Counted from the first letter of the stretch, positions 11,123-21,798 are shown. The stretch: 64,000 nt of DNA from an uncultured Nitrososphaerales archaeon (GCA_963695855.1 CAVOHZ010000001.1:22898-86897), one strand, 5' to 3'. The notes: generated by a model from the letters alone, not told the origin. Numbers and translations are program-made.

Positions 11123-12307
11123 TTGTTCTCAAGATCAAGAGAAAAGTATTCATTGATAAGTAATGGTAACTATCACAATAACTTGAGAATCTGGTTCGAT
11201 ATTCTTACTCCCAAACAGATAATGTTCTTCAAATATTTTGTTGAAGAACTGGAAGAATCTGGACATGAAATATTCTGTACTGGGCGAGACTACAGAGAGG
11301 CAATAGAGTTAGCAAGAATAAAAAAAGTAAGAATAAAAATAGTTGGCAAACATGGAGGAAATGACAGATATGAAAAATTAGTAGCTAGCAGTGAAAGAAT
11401 TCGAAAACTTGCAGACATTATCAACTCCTTTGAACCTGATCTAACTGTCTCCTTTTCCTCCCCAGAAGCTTCAAGAGTGTCATTTGGATTAGGTGTAAAA
11501 CATTATATCTTCAATGATTCTCCACATGCATTGGCTGTAGCGAAACTAAGTGTCCCAATTTGTGACCGGCTTTTCTGTCCATGGATTATACCATATAAGG
11601 CATGGTTATGTCTAGGAATTAATAGAGAAAAAATTACTAGATATAGAGCAATTGACCCTGTTGTCTGGCTAAAAAGAGAGATGGAAAAAATTAAAGAATG
11701 TGGAGGATGGTCAACTACAAGATCGAAGAAAAATAAAACAGGCCAATTCACTATCTTAATTAGGCCGGAAGAAGTAAAGGCATCCTATATAACAGATAAC
11801 AAGAATCTGAAAAATTCTGTAACATTGATTGATAGTATTGTTAAAAATTTTTCCTTGTACTCTAAGGTATTGATTTTGGGAAGATACCAGGATCAAATAG
11901 ATTTTTTCAAACAGAGATATGAAAATAAAGTTCAAATGCTCGAAAATGTAGTGGATGGAACCTCGTTATTAAGAGAAATAGATCTGTTTATTGGTGCTGG
12001 AGGTACTATGAGTGCGGAGGCAGCATTACTTGGTAAACCAGTCATTTCTATTGCACCTATTAGCTTTTACGTGGAAAACTTTCTTATAAGATGCGGACTT
12101 GTAAAGAAAATCAGAAATGAAAAGGAGTTAACCAGGTATACGCACAACATTTTCTCTAAAATTAAAAACGAGAAAAAATATTTTAAAAATAACGATAGAC
12201 TAAAAAAATACAAAGTACCGGCATTTCAAAAAAGATTGTTTGAAAAATCTTTAAAATTTATAGATAGCATGGAAGATCCAATAATTCAATTTAAGAAATT
12301 TATTTGA
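11123..12307 (+). CDS. DUF354 family glycosyltransferase-like protein
   Basis: IWFDILTPKQ, SFSSPEASRVSFGLG, GAGGTMSAEAALLGKP; true start may lie slightly downstream. Confidence 0.85.
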   Translation: MFSRSREKYSLISNGNYHNNLRIWFDILTPKQIMFFKYFVEELEESGHEIFCTGRDYREAIELARIKKVRIKIVGKHGGNDRYEKLVASSERIRKLADIINSFEPDLTVSFSSPEASRVSFGLGVKHYIFNDSPHALAVAKLSVPICDRLFCPWIIPYKAWLCLGINREKITRYRAIDPVVWLKREMEKIKECGGWSTTRSKKNKTGQFTILIRPEEVKASYITDNKNLKNSVTLIDSIVKNFSLYSKVLILGRYQDQIDFFKQRYENKVQMLENVVDGTSLLREIDLFIGAGGTMSAEAALLGKPVISIAPISFYVENFLIRCGLVKKIRNEKELTRYTHNIFSKIKNEKKYFKNNDRLKKYKVPAFQKRLFEKSLKFIDSMEDPIIQFKKFI

Positions 12308-12355
12308 AATTCATAACATTATAATTCAAGTTATTAATACGAAATAATGCCCGGA

Positions 12356-12453
12356 AGCCCGGTGGAGGGAAAAATAAATTTCCCGTCGAGTGTAGCGGCC
12401 AAGCATAAAGGCCTTTGGAGCCTTTGACCCCAGTTCGAATCTGGGCCGGGCTA
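12356..12453 (+). tRNA. tRNA-Gln(UUG) with 25-nt non-canonical intron at 10/11 (12366-12390)
   Basis: After intron removal: AGCCCGG-TG-GTGT...GCAT-A-AAGGC-CT TTG GA-GCCTT-TGAC-CCCAG TTCGAAT CTGGG-CCGGGCT-A; A1-U72 as in archaeal tRNA-Gln; bulge-helix motif at the junctions. Confidence 0.9.
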
Positions 12454-12576
12454 ATTTTATGTAGTGCAATTAATGTTTCCGTTCATTTAGAACTTAATAT
12501 CTGAATTACCTAATATTAATAAAACCTAAAAAAATATATTTCTTTCTCATTTTAAAGACACTATTAATAAAAAATA

Positions 12577-14085
12577 TTATTTATCGGATTTACATTTTTC
12601 AATTACAAGTTGTCGGAGATTTTTAAAAGCCTCATCTACCATAGTAATTCTTTGAGATAAGATATGTTCTGTATCTATAAGTAAATTTTCTATTGATTCC
12701 AGCATTCTTTTCTGTTCATTCGGATTCGGAGAACCTGTTGATTTTTTTAAGTAAATAGAATTTTCTGAAATTGTGCCTCTAATGATTGTATGTAAATCAT
12801 CTGTATCTATATGTATATTAATAGAATCAAGGATCTTTGAAAGTTCTTCCTTTGGAATGTCCTTTAAACTAATACTATTGTTATTTTTTATCACATATTG
12901 TACAAGATGTCCTACCAATTTGTGAGCTTGCCGAAATGGAATATTGTATTTCATCACCAACTGTTCAGCAATATCTAAAGAGACCGCATAGCTCTTATTA
13001 GCTTGCTCTAATGCGATGTTTTTATTCACTTTAAATGTATCTATTATCCCTACCATTATTATCAAAGAATTTGTTACTATAGCAGTAGATTTCCACAATA
13101 AGGGTTTGAGATCCTGCAGGTCTCTACTATAACCAGTTGGAAGGCTCTTTATTATTGTCAATGCTGAAAGGAGATTGCCGGTAACAATAGATGAATGTGA
13201 ACGTAAAATTTCTAAGGGATCTGGATTTTTCTTTTGTGGCATTACACTCGATGTTGAACTATATTTGTCTGCAAGTTCGATATAATTAAATTCTGAAGTA
13301 GACCAGAGAATAAAATCTTCGGCAATTCGACTTAAGGAAGTCATTAAGATTGCCTGTGAAGATAAAAATTCGATAAGTACATCTCTAGAACTAGTAGCAT
13401 CAATGGAATTGTCTACCAGTCCATCAAATCCTAGCAGAGAAGCGGTGTATTTTCTGTCTATAGGTATGCTAGTACCACCAATTGCACATGCACCCAAAGG
13501 AGATTTATTTATCCTATCAAAAATCATATTAAAGCGTTCGAGATCTCTTAACAGACTGTAAGAATAAGATAGTAGATAGTGAGAATACGTGCCTATTTGT
13601 GCCTGCTGTAAATGAGTATATAGAGAGACAATCGTTGTTTGATATTCTTTTGATCTCGCTATCAAGGATCTTAGTAGGTTAATTATGAGGTTGGATATAA
13701 CTAGGAGGTCATCCCTTGTTTTCATTATAATATCTAATGCCACCTGGTCATTTCTGGAACGTCCTGTATGCATCTTACCACCCACTTCTATGCCTATATT
13801 TTGGGTTACTACTGCTTCAATCTGTTCATGAATATCTTCAGAGGAATCTGATGATAGTATCTTTCTAACCTTCGCCTGATCAATATAATTATCCTTTAGT
13901 TCACTTAAAGAAGAGAGAAGTCTTGATAATTCTTGATGGTCTAAAATTCCAATTTTGTTTAACATGATACAATGTGCTTGAGTTCCAACAATATCGTAAT
14001 AAAATAAGTTAATATCATCATCTAGGGAAGAAAGATAATCAAGAACATTTTTATCTAGATTTTCGGTCTGTCTAGATCTATACAA
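12577..14085 (-). CDS. argH: argininosuccinate lyase
   Basis: EDIH, MHTGRSRNDQV, YTHLQQAQ, SSVMPQKKNPD, PTGYSRDLQ. Confidence 0.96.
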   Translation of the reverse strand: MYRSRQTENLDKNVLDYLSSLDDDINLFYYDIVGTQAHCIMLNKIGILDHQELSRLLSSLSELKDNYIDQAKVRKILSSDSSEDIHEQIEAVVTQNIGIEVGGKMHTGRSRNDQVALDIIMKTRDDLLVISNLIINLLRSLIARSKEYQTTIVSLYTHLQQAQIGTYSHYLLSYSYSLLRDLERFNMIFDRINKSPLGACAIGGTSIPIDRKYTASLLGFDGLVDNSIDATSSRDVLIEFLSSQAILMTSLSRIAEDFILWSTSEFNYIELADKYSSTSSVMPQKKNPDPLEILRSHSSIVTGNLLSALTIIKSLPTGYSRDLQDLKPLLWKSTAIVTNSLIIMVGIIDTFKVNKNIALEQANKSYAVSLDIAEQLVMKYNIPFRQAHKLVGHLVQYVIKNNNSISLKDIPKEELSKILDSINIHIDTDDLHTIIRGTISENSIYLKKSTGSPNPNEQKRMLESIENLLIDTEHILSQRITMVDEAFKNLRQLVIEKCKSDK

Positions 14086-14231
14086 GAATATTTATCAATA
14101 TTAAACAGGATTTCAATATAATATATTTATCTATTCTCACAAGTTGGTATATGCAGTTAATAGTCTAACATCAATTCAGTAATAATCTGTTATTATATTG
14201 GATTATCTTTAATCCACATCAATCATTAAAT

Positions 14232-14591
14232 ATGGTTTTTGATAAAATTTGTATGATGTCTGAAGATATTCAACAGACCCGTAGGTTAATCTTTGATGAA
14301 TTGTCGAAAATAGTAGATCCGGAAATCGGAGTCTCGATAATGGAATTGGAATTGGTTGATAAGGTGGATATTGATGCTAATCAAGTAAACGTTGATTTAC
14401 ATTTAACAAGTCCCTTTTGTCCAGCAGTATTTGGTTTTAAAATTGCTCAGGATGTGAGAGATAACATTTACAAGATAGGAAGCATCGAACAAGTGAAGGT
14501 TAATGTGAGTAATCACTTTATGGCAGAGGCAATAAACAAGCAGGTAAACGAAAGTAAATTGCCTGAAAAGGACAAAGCACAAGAAAAGTAA
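14232..14591 (+). CDS. metal-sulfur cluster assembly factor (DUF59/MIP18/SufT family)
   Basis: IVDPEIGVSIMELELV, LTSPFCP. Confidence 0.9.
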   Translation: MVFDKICMMSEDIQQTRRLIFDELSKIVDPEIGVSIMELELVDKVDIDANQVNVDLHLTSPFCPAVFGFKIAQDVRDNIYKIGSIEQVKVNVSNHFMAEAINKQVNESKLPEKDKAQEK

Positions 14592-15052
14592 TATATTAAA
14601 TTCAAACCTTGTTCAAGTGATATAAATCATGTTGTTAAAAGGAAAGGACGCTCTAAATGCAATATCTTTTTAAGACTTATTTGTTTATTTTATAGAACAT
14701 TTGAATTTAAAGTTTAGAAACATGAAAAAATAGAAATATTCATTTCATTAATATTTTTTATTGCAAAGATGTAGATGGTAAAGTCAATATAAAAAATTTT
14801 TTATTTTTCCATTTTATATCATGTACAAGATTTAATGAGTATATGGTGTATTATCATTCTGATACTGATTCTATAGATTTGAGATCTATACTGAAGCACT
14901 TGCTAAAATCAAGCGTCAAATAGAGAAAATGTGTTGTATTAAATACACTATATTGAAATAACCCGAAACCTAAATCACATGCTTTAAACAAGGAGATAGA
15001 TTAAAAATTTGATAACAGAAGTTTGAAAAAATAAAATATTATTATTCGTATT

Positions 15053-15967
15053 TTATTTATCGTTTTTTGTTTTGTCTTTAGATGATCTATCTTGCAAGGA
15101 AGATATCTTTTTTTCATTTTTTGAAAATCCTAGCATGTGGTTTCTTAGTAGTTGTATTCCTAAAGCTGGATCAACCCCTTTTGGACAGACAACACTGCAG
15201 GAACCTGCAAAATGACATCTCCATATACCATGTCTATCATCAATGACATTCAGTCGATTGGTTTTATCTGAATCCCTCGAATCGGAAAAATACCTATACA
15301 CCTGTGATAGTGATTGCGGCCCAGGAAATTTTGTGTCTGTTGCAACTGTTGGACATGCCGAATAACACAATCCACATTTAATACAATATGAGAATTGTAA
15401 GAATTTGTCTACATCTTCAGGACTCTGTGAATATTCAGATAGTTCGCTATTATCTTTCATGTCTGCATTTTCATTCTGTATGTAAGGCATGATATTTTTA
15501 TGGTGTTGAAAGAACTGCGAAAAATCAGTAACAAGATCCCTGATGTAGGGAAAGTTTGCCAAGGGTTCACAAGTAATAGTATCTCCTTCTAATTCAGATA
15601 TTTTAGTATAACATGCCAGTCTTGGTTTTCCATTTATTTTCATTCCACAAGATCCACATGTAGCCATCCTACAGGAGTACCTTATACCAATGCTACTATC
15701 CTGATAGCTTTTTGCATGCAATAAAGCATCAAGTACAGTTGTCCATCTTTTAACAGGTATTTGGAATTCATCGAAATGTGGATGGTCTTTCTTTGTGTCG
15801 TTGACAGCATTTATCCTGAAAACTTTAAGCTTGATGCTTTCTTTAAAATATTCATCGTCATTTCCCTTATTTTTTATATTTTCTTTCTTATTCTTGAACC
15901 TGATTTCTTCTTCAATATTACTTTTGTTCTCATTATCAAAATTATTTTTGTTTTTAATATTTTTCAT
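15053..15967 (-). CDS. sdhB: succinate dehydrogenase iron-sulfur subunit
   Basis: SCRMATCGSCGM, CIKCGLCYSACP, WRCHFAGSCSVVCPKG. Confidence 0.95.
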   Translation of the reverse strand: MKNIKNKNNFDNENKSNIEEEIRFKNKKENIKNKGNDDEYFKESIKLKVFRINAVNDTKKDHPHFDEFQIPVKRWTTVLDALLHAKSYQDSSIGIRYSCRMATCGSCGMKINGKPRLACYTKISELEGDTITCEPLANFPYIRDLVTDFSQFFQHHKNIMPYIQNENADMKDNSELSEYSQSPEDVDKFLQFSYCIKCGLCYSACPTVATDTKFPGPQSLSQVYRYFSDSRDSDKTNRLNVIDDRHGIWRCHFAGSCSVVCPKGVDPALGIQLLRNHMLGFSKNEKKISSLQDRSSKDKTKNDK

Positions 15968-15995
15968 TCTATTTCATTCCATCTTTCGCATTCTT

Positions 15996-16424
15996 TTAAC
16001 CTAAAGATAAGCCATTTGCAACTATTATCGTTCTAGTTCCAAAGGCGATTATTCCTATCATCGCAATTATTACAATAATGTTTACACTTTTCTCCCATAG
16101 TTCATTCTGCCTAAACTCCAATAATATAATCCTGAGGCCGTTAAAGCCATGTATAGCAATAAGCACTAGAATCGTTTCTAGCAAAATAGCATAAAATATA
16201 TTCTTGTAGTTTAAAATAACATTTTCAAATTCCAAAGACATATTGTATGGCATGATTAAACGCATCATGATATGTATTGCTACAACAAAAAGTGCACAAA
16301 CTCCAGTGATATAATGGATCTTCATAATTTGGCTTTCTTTTAAAAGAGATGTGCTAATTCCACTCCTCCTTCCTGAATCGTTCTTCAATTTTTTATTCCC
16401 CTCCGAACAAGACGCTTGCACCAT
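15996..16424 (-). CDS. sdhD: succinate dehydrogenase membrane anchor
   Basis: Three TM segments, HGFNGLRIIL; operon position; start uncertain. Confidence 0.85.
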   Translation of the reverse strand: MVQASCSEGNKKLKNDSGRRSGISTSLLKESQIMKIHYITGVCALFVVAIHIMMRLIMPYNMSLEFENVILNYKNIFYAILLETILVLIAIHGFNGLRIILLEFRQNELWEKSVNIIVIIAMIGIIAFGTRTIIVANGLSLG

Positions 16425-16893
16425 ACAGCATCGCTACAGCTGCCAATAGAAGAGCTATCCATATTCCAGAACGCTGTTTTTTATTGATAGAAGTAGGATC
16501 GTATGGATAATCTGGTCTACCGGGTTTACCTAAACCCATTCCAACGTGTGCAAAGATAAGTCGTATACCGTTTATAGTATGAAAGGTACTTGAACCTATG
16601 ACAGTCATCAAGAAGAGATGTCCCCATATTGTCTGGGTCATTTCGAGCATTGCAGCCCATGCATCAGGACCACTAACAAGAGAGCTAGTTTCATAAACAT
16701 GACCCACAAAGTATACTAAAAGAAATACGCCTGTCAGACGCTGCAACCAATATGATACTCTTTCCCATCCATATCGCGAAGGGTTTAGCCATCCTTTCAA
16801 CCCCTCCCTGTTTGATCTAAGATTTGCTTCAATGCTCTTTTTGTTCATATTAGAGTCAGACGATGATGAATCTAAATTCTCAGATACAGTCAT
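16393..16893 (-). CDS. sdhC: succinate dehydrogenase cytochrome b subunit
   Basis: LQRLTGVFL, FHTINGIRLIF; operon position. Confidence 0.88.
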   Translation of the reverse strand: MTVSENLDSSSSDSNMNKKSIEANLRSNREGLKGWLNPSRYGWERVSYWLQRLTGVFLLVYFVGHVYETSSLVSGPDAWAAMLEMTQTIWGHLFLMTVIGSSTFHTINGIRLIFAHVGMGLGKPGRPDYPYDPTSINKKQRSGIWIALLLAAVAMLYGASVLFGGE

Positions 16894-18621
16894 TCAGTAT
16901 TTCCTCTCCACAGGGGCATATCTAGTAATTATCACAGGATGCCACGTCATTTTAGGATCCCCATCTGCATTGTAATAGGCAAGAGTATGGTTTAAAAAGT
17001 TAACATCATCACGATGAGGAAAATCTAATCTGGAATGAGCTCCTCTAGATTCTCTTCTATTTATTGCGCCTAATAAGACTACTTCTGCAGTTCTCATCAT
17101 TGCATCAACCTCCATGACGTTTACAAAGTTAGTATTATATTCTTTTGATTTATCATCTACATGCTTCCATGTTTGAGTCTTTAATTCTATTATTTTTTTC
17201 AGTCCTTCAACAAGAGACTCTTCATTTCTAAAAACATAGGATTTTGCATCCATAGTATCAGTTAGTTCTTTTCTGACCTGGTATGGATTTACTTCTCCTC
17301 TTCCTCTGAAAATCCCATCATAGATCCTCTTTTCCTCTGTCTGAATCTGTTCTGTTGAAGAATCATCAGTTCTATTTTTTTCTTTACTATCAAGTGCAAA
17401 ACGTGCAGCATGTTCGCCAGTTATTCGTCCCCATACGATACATTCGGAGGTAGAGTTTGCTCCCAAACGATTGGCACCATGGGTACTGTTACATGCCGCC
17501 TCACCCGCCGCCCACAAACCAGCCAATTCTGTCCTGCCATCGACATCAGTATGAATTCCTCCCATCATGTAGTGACAGACGGGTCTTATCTCTATCGGTT
17601 CATCTATTACATCTACACCAGAAAATTTGATTCCAATTTCTCTTATTCCAGCTAATCGTTCCTTTATCTTTTCATCTCCAAGATGCGTTAGATCCAATTT
17701 CAAACAATCGTAACCTGATTCATGTTTAAATCCACGACCAGCCTCTATCTCCTTTATCATCGATCTAGAGACCACATCTCTTGGCGCGAGTTCCAATTTT
17801 TCTGGAGCATAATTTTTCATGAATCTTTCCCCAGTATTATTTATCAAATAACCGCCCTCTCCTCTAGCGCCTTCTGTTATTAAAATACCTGAAGGAAGGA
17901 TACCGGTAGGATGGAACTGAACAAATTCCATGTCCTTCAAAGCAAGTCCAGCTCGAAATGCCATATCAATTCCATCAGGAGTAGAAGAATATGCATAAGT
18001 GGAGAAACTGTAGATACGACCTGCTCCTCCAGTACAGATAATTCCGGCTGGAGATTTCACCGTGATAAAGTTACCGTTTTTTAGCTCTATTGCAGTAAGA
18101 CCTCTAAATTTACTGGTGTCTTTTAAAATACTTGTACAGAACCATTCATTGTAAAAATGAATATTATCAAACTTAAGACAGGTGTCGTATAGAGTTTGCA
18201 TCAGGTAGAATCCAACCTTGTCTTGCGCAAATGTTGCTCTCGGAAAAGAATATCCTCCAAATTTCCTTTGTCCTATTCTACCATCTTCTCGCCTGGACCA
18301 AGGCATACCCCAATGATCAAGTTGGTATATTTCATGAGGGATATTGCTTGCTAGTCTTTCAGCAACGTCTTGATCTGCGAGAAAGTCACTTCCTTTGATT
18401 GTATCGTAAATATGAGATTCTTGGTTATCTCCTTCGTCTTCAAAGATAACTGCTGCAGTACCTCCCTCCGCAGAAACTGAGTGTGACCGCATGACCTGTA
18501 CCTTTGAAAAGACACCGATGCTAGTCTTGTTTTTTCCTGTAGATGCAGCAGCGATAGCAGCTCTAAGACCTGCTAGTCCCGAACCAATTATAACAACATC
18601 ATGATGAATTGAATCTGTCAC
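16894..18621 (-). CDS. sdhA: succinate dehydrogenase flavoprotein subunit
   Basis: GSGLAGLRAA, RSHSVSAEGG, EFVQFHPTG, LAPRDVVSR, HYMMGGI, HGANRLGANS; start placed at in-frame GTG 18621 rather than 18711. Confidence 0.95.
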   Translation of the reverse strand: MTDSIHHDVVIIGSGLAGLRAAIAAASTGKNKTSIGVFSKVQVMRSHSVSAEGGTAAVIFEDEGDNQESHIYDTIKGSDFLADQDVAERLASNIPHEIYQLDHWGMPWSRREDGRIGQRKFGGYSFPRATFAQDKVGFYLMQTLYDTCLKFDNIHFYNEWFCTSILKDTSKFRGLTAIELKNGNFITVKSPAGIICTGGAGRIYSFSTYAYSSTPDGIDMAFRAGLALKDMEFVQFHPTGILPSGILITEGARGEGGYLINNTGERFMKNYAPEKLELAPRDVVSRSMIKEIEAGRGFKHESGYDCLKLDLTHLGDEKIKERLAGIREIGIKFSGVDVIDEPIEIRPVCHYMMGGIHTDVDGRTELAGLWAAGEAACNSTHGANRLGANSTSECIVWGRITGEHAARFALDSKEKNRTDDSSTEQIQTEEKRIYDGIFRGRGEVNPYQVRKELTDTMDAKSYVFRNEESLVEGLKKIIELKTQTWKHVDDKSKEYNTNFVNVMEVDAMMRTAEVVLLGAINRRESRGAHSRLDFPHRDDVNFLNHTLAYYNADGDPKMTWHPVIITRYAPVERKY

Positions 18622-18968
18622 AGTAAATATTATCCCAAAAACGAATAGATATGTAATACAAATATACCTTTTGCTTGATTGGTAGGTATTTTTAGTGCTT
18701 ATAATGACCAATTATAAAAAAATTTTCATGTAAGAATATGAGAGATTAGCTTATAACATAAAGATAAAAGCATTATTCGAAGAATCAAATGGAAAGCGAG
18801 AAGAGCAATGACTTATAAAAAGAAAAAGATGAAAGGAATAAAACAGATTAGACCACCATGACAAGTCAACGAAAATTTGATTTTACTAATTTCAAAAAAA
18901 AAGACAATTAGATGGATAAAAGAATCTAGTGTTATTTCTTACATTTAATTATTGGTTATTCAAGGATC

Positions 18969-19241
18969 TTGTTGTTAATAATTATGGTATTAAATTATTC
19001 AAAGAGAGTCTTTCTAGCTCCTAACACATCGGATGAAGAGATAATACAAAAGGCCAAAAATTTACTTGTCGACAATGGTATTGATGAGGATGATATCCGG
19101 ATTAGCTATAACACCAATGAGTTAGAGGAAGGAGATTTATTCATAAGTTATGATCCACCTGACCTTGTTATCAGAAATGTATACGAGAAAAAACAAAGTG
19201 GATTCATAAAAATGAAAAGTATTAAAATGTTAAGATTATAA
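18969..19241 (+). CDS. hypothetical protein
   Basis: 90-aa ORF with protein-like composition, convergent with hisS. Confidence 0.6.
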   Translation: MLLIIMVLNYSKRVFLAPNTSDEEIIQKAKNLLVDNGIDEDDIRISYNTNELEEGDLFISYDPPDLVIRNVYEKKQSGFIKMKSIKMLRL

Positions 19242-20525
19242 TAAAAGAAGTTCAGATATCCTTTTTTCTATTCCATTTATTTTCTCGATTGATTCTGAAC
19301 CTGTTTTCATATTACGTAACTTTAAATTTTGACGGCTTATTTCTTCTGGTGCGACTATGATCGCAATTTTTGCATTTTTTGATGAGGCATCACTTAATTG
19401 CTTTTTTAGTGTCCTATTGGAGATATCATATTCTATAATAAACCCTTTTTTTCTCAGAAAATTTACCAGACGCAATAAATGATTGCGAACCTCCTTTCCT
19501 GAATTTGCAAGATAAATTATATTTTTTTCCTCAGATGGGAGGATATTTTCGCGAGATTGCAATGCTAAAATTATCCTTTCTACTCCTCCAGCAGCACCAG
19601 CTGCTCCAATATCTGATCTTCCAAACACGCTTGTAAGTTTGTCGTAACGACCTCCACCAACCAGAGAGCCTACATCAGATTTGGTATCAAATACTTCGAA
19701 AACCATTCCAGAATAATAGTCCAGACCTCTAACTATTCCCAGATTTATTCTAACGTTTGTGACATTTCTGTATTTTAAGGATAAAAGCAGTTCTTCAAGG
19801 TATTTTATACATTCTAGATTATTTATTTTTGGATTGGATTTCAAATCTTCCAGATCTCCTTTAAATGAGAAAACTTGTAAAAGATCTTTTAATAAAGTTT
19901 CATCTATTACTTCTTTGTATTCCTGACAGACTTCTTGTATGCCCTTTTTAGGTACTTTATCTATAGCCCTAAAGATTTCAGATAACAGACTCTCATTTTC
20001 TATATTGAAGTTTAATTTGATATATTCTTCAAGTATCCTTCTATCACTTACCTCCATTATAATACTATTACCAATGCCAAGTTTGTCAAAGAAATTGGAA
20101 ACAAATTCTATTATTTCTGCATCTGAATCGATGTCGAAGCTATCATAAAGCTCAATATCCCATTGATGGAAATATCTATATCGCCCTGCCTGAGGTTCAT
20201 CATATCTCCAGACTCCACCAAAGGATGCTAGCTTTATTGGAAGACGCATATCACGTCTTGAGGTTGCAAACCTTGTCATTCCAACTGTAAGGTCATAGCG
20301 AAGTGCTATACTTCTTCCACCTTTATCAGTAAATCCATAAATCTCATTTATTATCGAAGATCCACTCTTTACCTCGAGTGTAGACAAAAGTTCTAGTGGA
20401 GATGGTTCTAATATCTGAAAATTGTAAGTTGATACAACTTCAAAAAATTTTCTCTTTATGTAATCAACATAGTATGAATCGTTACCGGTTAAATCCCTCA
20501 TTCCTCTTGGAAGATCTACTTTCAA
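19236..20525 (-). CDS. hisS: histidyl-tRNA synthetase
   Basis: PRGMRD, LRYDLT, WRYDEPQAGRYRYFHQ, VRGLDYYSG, GGGRYD. Confidence 0.96.
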   Translation of the reverse strand: MKVDLPRGMRDLTGNDSYYVDYIKRKFFEVVSTYNFQILEPSPLELLSTLEVKSGSSIINEIYGFTDKGGRSIALRYDLTVGMTRFATSRRDMRLPIKLASFGGVWRYDEPQAGRYRYFHQWDIELYDSFDIDSDAEIIEFVSNFFDKLGIGNSIIMEVSDRRILEEYIKLNFNIENESLLSEIFRAIDKVPKKGIQEVCQEYKEVIDETLLKDLLQVFSFKGDLEDLKSNPKINNLECIKYLEELLLSLKYRNVTNVRINLGIVRGLDYYSGMVFEVFDTKSDVGSLVGGGRYDKLTSVFGRSDIGAAGAAGGVERIILALQSRENILPSEEKNIIYLANSGKEVRNHLLRLVNFLRKKGFIIEYDISNRTLKKQLSDASSKNAKIAIIVAPEEISRQNLKLRNMKTGSESIEKINGIEKRISELLLL

Positions 20526-20538
20526 AGTATGATAAGGG

Positions 20539-21366
20539 ATGAAAAGTTTGGGATTTAGATTTTCCGATTTATTAAAATATTATATAGAATATACGGTATC
20601 TTTTTCTGGTATTGATATAATGCTGGTAGAAAGTTATCAAGGATCTTTAGACGATAGCGATAACAGTAATGTATTCAGCAATGATTTAAAAAATGAAAAG
20701 GAAAATGGTATCAATGAAGACCAATACCTAAATGGTAAAAATAATGGGAGAAAATTTGAGAATGAAGGAGGAGGAGAAGAAGAAGAAGATTCGGTTGAGA
20801 AAAAAGGATATAGATATCTAGATCATATGACTGACTTGATAGTCGAAGCATACGACATGACTCTAACAGAAACTTTTCTCAATGCAGCAATAGGTACGTT
20901 GAACGCTATGTTTGATGTAGAAAAGGTTGAATCTAAAACCAGCACAAAAATAGTGGCACAAGGACATGATCTGAAAAGTTTGTTATATGATTGGATCGAA
21001 AAGATACTCTTGGCAATTTATATTGATAAAATAATCATAAATCATTTTGAATATTTGGAACTGCGTATGGTCATAAAAGATGGTAACGGTAACAGAATTA
21101 AGAGTCAGATTGTTTCTACTTTTAAGAACAATCATGAAATTCAATACAAACCAGAAATGAATTTAATTCTCGAAGAACAAAAAATAGAATTGGGGCGAAG
21201 AGGATCTGTCACCTATGAAATTGAATGTGTATGTTCGGGAGAATCTCCTGATATTTCTAAACATAATTATAAATTGGAAATAAAGTCGGTTACTTACCAT
21301 GAGATGGAAATTGATTATGATAAGAATACAAAGAAATATAGAGTAAAATTTTTGCTTGACCTTTAA
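20539..21366 (+). CDS. archease with N-terminal extension and internal insertion
   Basis: YRYLDHMTDL, LLYDW, EIKSVTYHEM, FLLDL; start uncertain. Confidence 0.9.
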   Translation: MKSLGFRFSDLLKYYIEYTVSFSGIDIMLVESYQGSLDDSDNSNVFSNDLKNEKENGINEDQYLNGKNNGRKFENEGGGEEEEDSVEKKGYRYLDHMTDLIVEAYDMTLTETFLNAAIGTLNAMFDVEKVESKTSTKIVAQGHDLKSLLYDWIEKILLAIYIDKIIINHFEYLELRMVIKDGNGNRIKSQIVSTFKNNHEIQYKPEMNLILEEQKIELGRRGSVTYEIECVCSGESPDISKHNYKLEIKSVTYHEMEIDYDKNTKKYRVKFLLDL

Positions 21367-21798
21367 TTTGATATTTCAGTATTATTTACTGAATGTTACA
21401 AATATTTCACTAAATAATGCAGATCAAAAATCTTGATTTTCATAAATAGCAAGTTACTCTAAAAATGTTGCGAAATATTCGAATTATTTTATATGATTTT
21501 CTTTACCTTTACAAGAATAAAGAAATATAAATAGAGATGATATTTTCGAAAAAAGAAAAATTTGAACGAATTAAAAATTTAGAGAATTATCATAAAAAGA
21601 ATGTAATAAAAAATTTCAGAATCAAAAGTAGACCAGCTTTATTATCTTTAATAATAGAGTATAAAAAATAAATATAATTTCTTGATATTCAGTTTTGTAT
21701 TTGAATAATAATCTTTTTGAATATGGTAACAAACAGTAAAAGAGGTGTATTACAATTATTACAATAAATTAATATTTATAAAAATAAAATAATTATAA

